From IMG/VR virus record IMGVR_UViG_3300026559_000007: a DNA stretch of 20,000 nt; one strand, 5' to 3'. Made by a program: the position numbers and the translations under genes. Shown piece by piece: positions 10,301 through 20,000 of this stretch; the first letter of the stretch is position 1, and every line of letters begins with the position of its first letter. Source of the DNA: an uncultured virus (IMG/VR IMGVR_UViG_3300026559_000007) (taxonomy: Duplodnaviria > Heunggongvirae > Uroviricota > Caudoviricetes). The notes below the pieces were generated by a model, which did no database searches, had not been told where the DNA came from, and saw nothing but the letters and a program-made list of their open reading frames with translations.

Positions 10301-10525
10301 CGTAGCCTATGCGAGCCGGGGCGAGTGTCGGCGTTGCAGGAGCAAACGGTGGCAGTGTTCTGCGAGAGGGATGCTCGCAGGGTGGGTCGTTTGCTGCTGC
10401 TATTACCATCGGCACGAGCGCTCTGTCGCGCCACTCTGCACGAGCTACTGTTCAAGCCGACCGTTGGTGACGTCAGTGTAGAACGATTGCTGGGCGACAT
10501 GGTCGGTGCTCTTAGGCCTGCTTAA
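7182..10525 (+). CDS. NR2E6: NR2E-subfamily orphan nuclear receptor, most likely NR2E6 / PNR-like (photoreceptor-specific nuclear receptor-like); join(7182..7309,7533..7648,8991..9176,9275..9388,9500..9666,9845..10091,10296..10525), 395 aa
   Basis: Manually spliced at six GT-AG introns (223, 1342, 98, 111, 178, 204 nt). Exon lengths 128+116+186+114+167+247+230 = 1188 nt, with no internal stop and TAA at 10523-10525. [70 protein letters not shown]-box: [12 protein letters not shown] motifs: [66 protein letters not shown]. The NR2E family call is near certain. The NR2E6 subtype rests on my recollection of the CDGCRG P-box, which differs from Tll CDGCAG, Dsf CDGCSG and Hr51/PNR CNGCSG. Confidence 0.9.
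7533..7648 (+). CDS. NR2E6: Coding exon 2: second zinc finger ([39 protein letters not shown])
   Basis: Acceptor cacAG at 7531-7532, donor G|GTATGC at 7648/7649. Canonical RNxCQxCRxxKC motif in phase with exon 1. Confidence 0.96.
8991..9176 (+). CDS. NR2E6: Coding exon 3: T-box and Pro/Tyr/His-rich hinge ([13 protein letters not shown]...AFTPSV)
   Basis: Acceptor tcttcttcAG at 8989-8990, donor G|GTAAGC at 9176/9177. Begins with the NR2-type AVQHER motif and overlaps ORF 8942..9244. Confidence 0.93.
9275..9388 (+). CDS. NR2E6: Coding exon 4: acidic hinge ([38 protein letters not shown])
   Basis: Acceptor ctAG at 9273-9274, donor AG|GTACGA at 9388/9389. Open, phase 1-1, 114 nt. No conserved motif anchors it, so the boundaries are less certain. 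Confidence 0.8.
9500..9666 (+). CDS. NR2E6: Coding exon 5: end of hinge and LBD helix 3 (…[28 protein letters not shown])
   Basis: Acceptor tcgcAG at 9498-9499, donor CAA|GTAAGC at 9666/9667. Contains the NR2E helix-3 pattern YExAAKLLFxAVxWA. Confidence 0.93.
9845..10091 (+). CDS. NR2E6: Coding exon 6: LBD helices 4-8 ([25 protein letters not shown]…[13 protein letters not shown])
   Basis: A pyrimidine tract plus AAG acceptor (9842-9844) is the only nearby AG that restores the F-x-x-L-x-x-x-DQ-x-x-LL signature. Donor G|GTGAGA at 10091/10092. Confidence 0.94.
10296..10525 (+). CDS. NR2E6: Coding exon 7: LBD helices 9-12/AF-2 ([17 protein letters not shown]…GRLLLLLP…[15 protein letters not shown])
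   Basis: Acceptor cgcAG at 10294-10295. In frame with ORF 10325..10525. NR2E-type C-terminus and TAA stop. Confidence 0.94.
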
Positions 10526-11800
10526 CCGTTGGTACAGCTGCCAACCGTTACTCCGGAGAAACCCGGGCTGCCCGTGCATTTCATCGCCCTTTTATCGGCG
10601 AAGCAACCTCCAGCTCGGTCAGCAAGTCCCATTCTAGAAGTGGTTATCTCGAGACGACCGCTCGAATCGATTCCTCGACATGTTCCAACTCTAAAACGAT
10701 GATAGTCTTCGGACCGTTGTCTTGACGTCGCGTTACGCCAGTTACGAGATACGAGAGATAATCATGAATGTTAACGTGCGATACGAAACACGTGCAGTTA
10801 TCGGGATTCATACCAACCATTATTCATACATTCGTATGGATAATATTACTATGATAATTGGAACGATATTGCAACAGTATTGCGTCGTATGTCGTTACAT
10901 GAGGATAGAAGAGCGAACACGCTGCAAGAAAGGCATCATTCGTCAGAATAGATGCGAACTCAAATAGATATTAGAGGTCTCTTGGAATTAACAAGGCCTT
11001 ATTAGTGCATCAGCGTACTATGGTTAATTAATTAGCCTGCTATATATCGTACCGTTACTTCTAGCCAAAACTAGTCTCGAAACGGCTAATGAGAGCCAAT
11101 CGGCTTGGAACACTTTAGATCCAGGATAAATGCAGTTAATCGTAAACGCTAAGCAATAAGCCGAGACAAGAGCGGGACGATTCGTGTCACAGTGATTCTA
11201 TCAGATTACGATACACTCTATTGACGTCGATGAAATAAGCGATAGCGTGATAAGGGTACGAGCCGAAGGGACTAGTCGATAAGAGTGCACGGCTGTATCG
11301 GAAAGTATCGGTTCGCAATGGACAAAGATGTAAGCGCGATTCGAATATCCAAAAATCATGTGACGCTGATTCTCCGCGAATATATCTGCGTATCATATTA
11401 AACGCTTTGCGTAATGTTTTATTCGTACACTTGAATTGCGCGTGCATGACTGCTCTAGATATGATCAACTTTATATCAGCGTAATATATCGCAAATTGGA
11501 TATAATGTTTGCCAAAGCGATGGAAATTCATGTTGGTGTAATTGCTTGCTCGATATCAAGGCTCTCGTTTATCCTGGCCGTTTATCCATAAGATATATGT
11601 GAAGTGAGAAAAACGATTGTGGGCTATCGTGTATTAATACCGTATCATCGGTATTAATATCGTTAACATTATCTCTGGTATAGTGTTAATCATTTGCGCT
11701 CCATGCCGAACATCATCTGATCGTGGACCGGACATTAACGGGATCGTGACACTTTGTTTAATTAATGGCAATAAAACTCTCTTGGAAAAGAAAACGTATT
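10526..11800 (+). other. Probable 3' UTR of the nuclear receptor gene; first canonical AATAAA at 11770-11775
   Basis: Non-coding sequence after the stop codon. ATTAAA at 11397-11402, AATAAA at 11770-11775 and further ATTAAA variants near 11864-11896. The true cleavage site cannot be determined from sequence alone. Confidence 0.4.
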
Positions 11801-12142
11801 CGCTTGCTCTCACAAAATCGCCCGAAAAAGGCAGCGTTTGAGTAATACGATCCTCTTTGTACAATTAAACCGCTGATCAATTAAATCGACATTAAAGCGA
11901 CAAAGAAAATCAATTGGATAAAAAGAGCTCATAATGAATCGCTATAGAATTTCTTGCAGCTGCAAGTAGATCATAAAACGGATCTGCCTGATCTTGCTGA
12001 AGCAACAAAGACGATCATGCGCAATTGGCGATCGTTGACGCGATTGATCGTACGTCGGCGACGTACGGGAAGACGGCGCGAAGAGCGATGAGGGGATTGG
12101 ATGGGTGTGTGCGTGACAATGCACAGATCTTTCTCCGGCTCC

Positions 12143-12164
12143 TTTTTTTTTTTTTTTTTTTTTT
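12143..12164. repeat. T22 homopolymer (A22 on the minus strand)
   Basis: 22 consecutive T. Confidence 0.95.
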
Positions 12165-12848
12165 ATTAACTAGAATAATTTATTTTTCTCATGGTAGAAA
12201 AAGGAGAATGTATCTTAACTCACGAACTGCATTGTTTCTTATATATATACAATTACATACAATCCTCAATTGAACGTTACACATAAACTCATTACACATC
12301 GACTTCTCATTACTTCCTTGTCCTCGCGAATGCGGAATTCCCGGAAGATAAAACTGCAATATCATCCGAAAATACGATCAGCCGTGGTCCGGTGGTTTTT
12401 CTTTTTTCTTTTTTCTTTTTTTTTTTTTTATAGCGGAATGGGAAGGGTGGCTCCGACCACACATGTCGCGCCGCGTGTTGGATTTTGTGAGGTGTGGATT
12501 GTCTTGCGCGCGGAGAGAAAGATGACGTGAGACAGAATGGAACAGAGGATAAAGAAGAGGAAGAGGAAGAGGGGGAGGAGAAAGGAAATTACGGGGAAAG
12601 TGTACGTGAAGGGTGCCTTCCTCCTTGCGTAGGCGCGCGCGTAGCAGCTGCTGTGTCATTGTGTCGTGTATGTGAGCGTGTTTGTGGGCTTTCCCGGACG
12701 GGGAGCGATTCGTGTGCGGAAAGATTTCCCGAGGCTGTCGTTCATCTCGTCTCGTCTCGTCTCGGTTCGGCTTGCCTCCGTCCACCGAGATCGCATGTTA
12801 GCAATCACGTTCGTGTGTAACGATTCTCACGGACAATTGAGATTATGG

Positions 12849-12901
<53 letters not shown>

Positions 12902-13406
12902 GCAAGCGGTAGCTTGGAAGAAAATGAAAACACCCGACCGAGCTGAACGCGGGCCCGGGTCCCGCCCTGCGCGGGGACTCCGAGAGATTATCGGCCAGCG
13001 ATTTTCCATTTTACGAGGGAAGTACATTTGAATTGCTAGCGGTAGCTACATGCGCGGACGCTTTTAAACGCGTGCTTCTTTGTAAAATGACTCGAAAGAC
13101 TTCGCGATATCCTGTATTCAAAAGTGGGACCTATCAGAATCTCTCTATTAATCTCAAAATGCTCCAAAAGTTGCAAAAGTTTCTGTATAAAATCTTCTCC
13201 TCCCGGCATTGATATCTGTTTTTTTCTTCTGAAAACTCATTTTTCTTTTCTGGAGGGGGGGAGGGAGAAAAAAAAAAAGAAAAAACCGAGAACTACCATT
13301 TTCCGATTCTGATGATCCCAGAATTGAGCTCGACTGTGTCCCTGTGCGTGTGTGACTGCGCGTGTGTACGTGTTATCGTGTATTACCGTCTCGAACTTCA
13401 AATGTA

Positions 13407-13484
<78 letters not shown>

Positions 13485-13711
13485 TCGCTTCTGATTCCGC
13501 TTTGATTCTCGCGCGGCCGTTCTGCTCGTGTCTTTTCCATTATTTTTTAGCATCTAAACGGATAGATTAATTGTCACTTACGAACAAACAAACAAACAAA
13601 CAAAAAGAAAAAAAAAGACGAGAAAGAAGAGATCTCCCTTCGGAATCTGCTCGTGAGTTACCTGTTCTCTCTTCCGTGATCCGCCGGTCGCTTTACGATA
13701 TACGTATACAG

Positions 13712-13791
13712 ACATACATACATACATACATACATGCATACATACATACATACATGCATATATATATATGTATACATGTATGTATGTATAC
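13712..13791. repeat. Compound (ACAT)n-(AT)n-(ATGT)n microsatellite
   Basis: Directly visible; 80 nt of unbroken purine-pyrimidine alternation. Confidence 0.92.
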
Positions 13792-13950
13792 TGTTCTCTT
13801 CTTAATAGCATTTTTTTTAACGCGCGCTTACATTCAAATAGACTTTTATTAGAGTTACATAGTTAATGATTTGCAATTAAAAATCTGATTTACTGCGTGT
13901 GCTCGTTATCTTTTCGTTCCTTCGTTATCTTTTCGCCCATTACATTCTCA

Positions 13951-14011
<61 letters not shown>

Positions 14012-14523
14012 CTCTACGATAACCACAATTTTTTTTTGTTTCTTATATGAGGAATTGTTCTCATTCTGGTTCGCTGATGCTCGTTCACGCGCGCGTTTTG
14101 CCTCGATCCTTGATTCTGCACTCGAATCGCAGCGTCGATCGGAGCGAGAGAACGGGACAAAAAAAACATCGCCGGTACTTCACCAATGACGAAATGAATT
14201 ACGTTAATTACAGAATAATCAACAAGCAACATTATCGTCCACCTTAGCTGTCGCAGATACGCCAAGTGATCGTTTTTTTTCATTGGATTCCGTTATTGGA
14301 TTACGTATGTACTGCGATGCGCCACGCTCTTTGATCTCGCGATCTCGCGATCCATTGTGGAACTTTAATAAACACGGACAAAAAACACAGTATCCAAAGC
14401 GTATCGAATTCTCGCGATATAACGCGCATAGCACTCGAAACGGGATCGATCGAGGATCGAAGCTCACAGGCGCGTTTACGTTACAAAAAGAAAAAGACGC
14501 GCGTACATCCGTGTTCTGTTGAA

Positions 14524-14582
<59 letters not shown>

Positions 14583-16868
14583 CTCTTTTCTCTTCCTGTT
14601 TCCCTGTTTTGCTGAATGCGCGCCGGCGAATGATTCATCGGCGCGTCTTTAGCCCTATCTTGTTTCTCCTTAAAAGATGAAAAAAAAAATTGAGACAAAG
14701 AACAATACAACGGCATTTCTATTATTTCCCTCCGTCCTCCATCTTAACGCTAATATGTAAGGACAAAAAACTAACAGATTCGGCGTAATAACAAATCGGC
14801 GTGAGCCGACAGCCCGTAAGGGAGTCTCGGGGGAGCGCGTCAGAAAAAAAAAAAACAAAAGAAAAAAAAAGAGAAAGCAACATCATCTCTCGGGACGATC
14901 GTTCCCCATCCTCCCCGGTTCTTTGAAGGATCTTTTCTTGCCTTTTGTTTCCCTTTTGCCTTTTCACCCCTCCCCCCCTGCATGCCCAAGACTCCCAAAC
15001 GAACAGCGGCAAACGGCGAAGTATAACAGGTTGTCGGTTCTGACGATCGTCATTACGGATCCTCGATGGTCTCCTTCATTCTTAATCACGATCAGCGATT
15101 AAAATGCATATATCGCTCTAGTACACGTTCGACGCACTCCCTCTTTCATTTCTGGCAAAATCTAGAGAATACTTCCAGCAATCCCTTTTCCTTCTCCAGA
15201 AACAAGGCCATTCGTTCTTCCTTCTTCAGAGAAAGAAAAGGGATCCGTCATGTTTCATGTGGAGAATTATGTGCAGTTTGGTGAACGGACCTGCGGTGAA
15301 CTCGACGCAGCACCCGCGACAGTAGTTTGGCAGTGATCTCTTATTAATTAACATTGACATTGATCAAGGGTGCCTATAACTCACCCTGTTTCCGCTTTCT
15401 CTACTTTCTCTACGCTCTGCGGTTTATCTAATTCGCGGGGTACCAGCAGCCAGTTTGCGCAAGTCCGGTGATCCGGCGATAATCCGATCCGATTATCGGA
15501 CCGCTTTACTGTTTCGTCGGGAATTCGGAATTTCGTGATCTTGAAGGAGAGCAGAAACGGATTCCGCGATCAGAAATGTCGAGTGTCCCCCCTCGAGGAA
15601 AATCCGCAACTTTGGCGACCTCATATTATATATACATTCGTGAAGGTGGGCACCCGCGGGCTGCCGGCGTCCGCAAAAAAGAGAAGAGGACAGACCGGGT
15701 CCGGGGATGCCCCGTTTTCTCCCCCCCGATAGAGCACGCGAACGCAATAATCTATTATCTCGTGGTAGGTTCGTTATCGTTCGTTATCGTCGCTACGCTC
15801 GTGTTGCAACTATTTTCTATTGTATGAAGGGATGATGGGAATTCTTTCTCTCTCTTTCTCTCATCTGCTGCATGTGCGGTATCTAAAACTCACTCTCTCT
15901 CTTTTTCTCTCTGTGCATGTGTATGTATATGTATTTGTGTGCACGATCAACGTAATCGTTGCCAATCCGTCTCACGATTGACGGATAAATCCACCGGCGA
16001 TGACGAGCGACGCGGAATCCGCGAGATTTCGAGAATAATCAACGAGTCGATAACAGCCGGCTGTCGGCGTCTCCTGCGTGCATGGTTTTCCCCGCAATAG
16101 CAGATTATCTCCTTGCGCGCTATCGATTGTCCGCGATAGTGCTCGCGAACGGAATCGCGTCTCTCGTTGGAAGTCGCAATACCGTGCAGCGAGCGTTTCG
16201 CGTACGTTGCCTTGTTGCTATTGTTGTTATCGATTCTTCGATAATCAGATCGATTTGCGGGATTTCTCAGCGAGGAGATTCTGTGCGCGAGCGCATGAAA
16301 TGTAAATTACCGTTTTCTCATCGAGCGGAATTCCGCACCACGTCATGCCGACTGTGTCTGTTAACAGATTGAGAATTTGCGAGGTAGTTTGCGTGTAAGC
16401 GCGTCGCGACGCTAGGCGTCCCGACGCCGGTGCTTCGGTTTCCCCATTGGTCTATTGTAACAACTATTGCACATATATGATCTGCATATAACGCGTGTCT
16501 GTGTGTGTATATGCGTGTAAGAGGAAAATCGCGCAATGCTCGATCTCGTATAACAAAAACGAAGGGGAGTGTATGTGTATGTGTGTGTATGTGTGTGTAT
16601 AAACACTTGCTTCTTTGCGGGTTGTAAATATAAATCGTTATAGTTAATTAATCAACATATGTAATAGGTACATTTAAATGCCATCCGGTTTCTCCTTCTT
16701 TCTCCCATTCTCACTTTCACTCTTCCTCCCTTTCTCTCCGTTTCTTTCGCTCTCTCTCACTCGCGCTCTTCCATGCGTTCCAACTCTGTTAATCTCTATT
16801 ACGTATCATATAGTAGTTAAAGCAAAAGAAGAACTGCAAAATATATATGGCAAATATATATGGTGTAG

Positions 16869-16921
<53 letters not shown>

Positions 16922-18746
16922 TTCTATGGTAAATCTGCTCCTCTCGTTAATAAATTCTCAAACAAACATCTGTTACATAGGCAGAGAGAATCGGTCGTTT
17001 TCCCATTCTTACTCCTATTCTTTCTCCGTGTGGCATATCTTATGTGTGTATGTGTGTGTATTTCTGTGTGTATTTCGTAGCCACAGGAAAAATTTACGTG
17101 CGCCCGAACCGGAAGGAACCGACAAATCTGCGAAAAATTTCAAAATAGGATATTGATAGGGACATTCAAAAATACGACAATGTCCAATCCTTTTCAACAG
17201 ATCTTTCCCTTCTCTCGGTTCGATCAACGGAAAATGCACACGTCTGTACCTGTTACGTACCTATATACGTGTGTTTGTGTTCATGCGTGTACGTAGGTGT
17301 TCGCTTTCGACGTCTTTCTCTTCGCTATCAGTGATACAGGGCAATTCCTCATTCCGTGTGTGACTACTAAATTTATTAATCCGAAAACACCGTAGCGGTT
17401 GCTCTCCCTCCAGAAGTGGCGTCTTTATAGATCGATCGATTATAGAGAATCGACTCGAGTGTGTCTTGCATCACGTCGGAAACGAATGTCGGAAATTGAC
17501 CGAGTCGCGGTTCCTTCTTCGGAAGAATCCCCGGGCTGAAAATTACCGCCTCGCCAGAACCGTGTTGACCTTGTTCGACCCACCCTTGCGGCCCTTCGAG
17601 GGACGCGATCTTCAAGAGAGATCCAGAAGGATCTTTCGCTACATAATCGACAACCAGCCCGTATCACGAGAATAATTTCATATCGATGGCTAACAACAAT
17701 TACGCGAAACTTGAATTTTGCATCTGGAGGAATAGCTGCCCGCTATAAACATATGTATATAATATATATAGAAATATATATATATATTTGTTTATCTTTT
17801 TTTTTCCTGTCTTATCATATGCCTACGTATTTTTTTTTCTTTTTACTTCCTATGCTTTTTGTGTACTTAATAAGGACTATCCATATAGAATATGCATTAT
17901 GCAGTAAACATTACCCGCTAGAAAAACACTATAGTTTCTTTTTTTCTCTTCCTTTCGATTTCCGAAAAGTTTTATGCGCCATGTACTGTGGTATGCGTTC
18001 GTTTGTATGCGTGTGTGTCTTGATGTGACGTCTGTTCCCGTGTGCGATGAGATCTGCGATGAATTTGGCGAAATTGTCGAGAAGAATCGGCTTGAAGGGG
18101 GGAAAAAAAAATTCAAGAGGAAAAGATACCGGGTGCGCATGACCGGGGAAATGCCTAAAACGGAACGGTTGCCAACGTCGGGAATCGAAAAATCCAAAAA
18201 CAAAAAAAAAAGAGAAAAGGGGGGACTGTAACGCGACGACGCACAAAATTTTGCGAATTCATGCGGAAAGGACAGCGAAAGGATGATCTTTGAAGGAAGA
18301 AATGCGTGTTCCTCATTTGGGGAAGAGGAATAATACGTCCCCTCCCCTCTCCGTTCCTCTCTCCCTTTTTCTTAGTAAGTCGCTTTCTCTATATAAGGAA
18401 CGATACGCGTTCTCGATACGTTCCGGAGATTTTCAGGGAATTCCTGCAAAAAGAATAGCTACGTTCTTTCTCGCTTTCTTTTTCTTTGCTCGAATCAAAA
18501 GATTCGACTACTACGAACTTCCCGATGTTGATTTCGAAATTTCACGACACTTGGATGCAACCATTGCAATCAAGTATTTTCCTTGGCGCTTTAAGGGAGA
18601 AAATGGTCCGAAAAAGGGAACGCCGTTAGATGCGGAGGAACAATGAGGAATGTGTTTCGCATTTCTTTTGGCGGTTACAAAGATCGCAGAAAAAAAAAAG
18701 AAAAATTGTCGAACACACAAAAAAATATATAGTAGCTAATAAGCGC

Positions 18747-18827
18747 TAATGATAATAGGAGTAATGATAGTAATAAGTAGTAGTAATAGTAGTAGTAGCA
18801 GTAATAGTAATAGTAGTAGCAGCAGCA
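18747..18827. repeat. Degenerate (TAG/TAA/CAG)n trinucleotide repeat
   Basis: Visible period-3 array, e.g. tagtagtaatagtagtagtagcagtaatag. Confidence 0.85.
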
Positions 18828-19942
18828 ATTACATCTTTTCCTTTCCTTTTCCCTACAAGAAGAATAGTAGTAGCAATTAAAAAGTAAACTAAAATAGAGG
18901 CAAAAAAAGGGGCGGGTCTGATTGGGCGGGGAATGATTCGATCATTTCGCGGTGGTGTTCCGGTCCACGGGAGAGACGACGATCGTCCGACAATCTCCGT
19001 TCTCCGATCACAATCGCCGACCATGACGACGATAAGGAGAAGGAGGATCGAAGGAATAGGAAGATCGCCTCCCGGGTCGAATCCGCCGCCAGGGGATTGA
19101 AGAATGTAGGAGAAAAAAATAGAGGGGAGGGGGTAAAAAAACTCAACGAAAGATCCACATCTCGTGGTATACCTAACGTAGTGCGAGTGCGAAGTGAATG
19201 CAAGCGCGGAGGCTGTCCCCGTCGGCAATGCACAACTTTTACTTTATTTATCTATACGCGTGCCTGCACACCGATACCCCGGAGCGAGGGGTGTTGTTCG
19301 AGGGGGGAGGGCTGCGTCCCCCTCGTTAGAATTCGGAACAAAAGGTCGGCGACACTTGCTTGCCGAGGTAAACAGGCTGGTCTCTTCCCGGGTTCGATTC
19401 TCCCGTCGATTGTTCCGAGGATATCGATGTCCGCTGAAGAAGTTGCTGCGAGTCTCCTCAATGTCTCCTCAATTTATCTTCATCCTCATCCTCTTTATCT
19501 CTCTCTCTCTCTCCTTTGCTTAATGCTTAATTGTTACGTTATCCTTCATCATCGCCCTCTTGTCACAGTCGTTCTGTACTCGATCTTCTCGCTGCCGCTC
19601 TCTAATTTTCTTCATTTTCTTGCTCTCTTTCTGTCTATTTCTCTGTCTTTGTCTCTGGCTCTCTGTGGCGTTTCTTTCCTGTGACAGGATTGCTGGTGTT
19701 TCGTTTTCTCTTTTTTTCTATTCATTACAGCAAAGACGAGACCGGCGCGACGTCGCCGCGTTCGCTATGATTATCAATTAATTAATCATTATTATTATTT
19801 CGTTTATGCATCCAAACATCTCATTATCATACGGACGTGTATGTGTATATGTGTACGCGCGCATGCGCGCGCGTGTATATATGTATGTGCCTCTTTCCCT
19901 CTTCTTTTCGACTATTCTCTTCTTTTGTGTTCACCTCGACGT

Positions 19943-20000
<58 letters not shown>

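Noticed and set aside
13342..13360. CTGTGCGTGTGTGACTGCG resembling miR-210
   Set aside because: Does not match the mature miRNA throughout, sits in TG-repeat sequence and has no complementary arm.
18746..19684. ORFs of 160, 114 and 195 aa
   Set aside because: They translate trinucleotide and CT-rich repeats, with no domain or splice support.

Overview
This is eukaryotic DNA, most likely from a hymenopteran insect (ant/bee/wasp); that assignment is inferred from abundant CpG, dense microsatellites, short GT-AG introns and the gene present. The only well-supported gene is a complete, intact 7-coding-exon nuclear receptor on the + strand (7182-10525; 1188 nt spliced, 395 aa). The ORF track misses it because it is spliced. 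It has a C4 zinc-finger DNA-binding domain with the P-box CDGCRG, the T-box AVQHERAPR and an NR2E-type ligand-binding domain ending VERLLGDM. The best match is NR2E6 / PNR-like, an orphan receptor known from honey bee and beetle but absent from Drosophila. Bases 1-7176 are upstream non-coding sequence with a GC-rich island, a G-quadruplex motif and paired-homeodomain P3 sites. Bases ~12140-20000 are microsatellite-rich non-coding DNA, possibly the long 3' UTR of a convergent minus-strand gene. I saw no prokaryotic, CRISPR, tRNA, rRNA or transposase features and no evidence of a wholly new biological system. The best leads are the receptor's atypical P-box and LBD, a competing splice acceptor in exon 6, and candidate eye/autoregulatory cis-elements.
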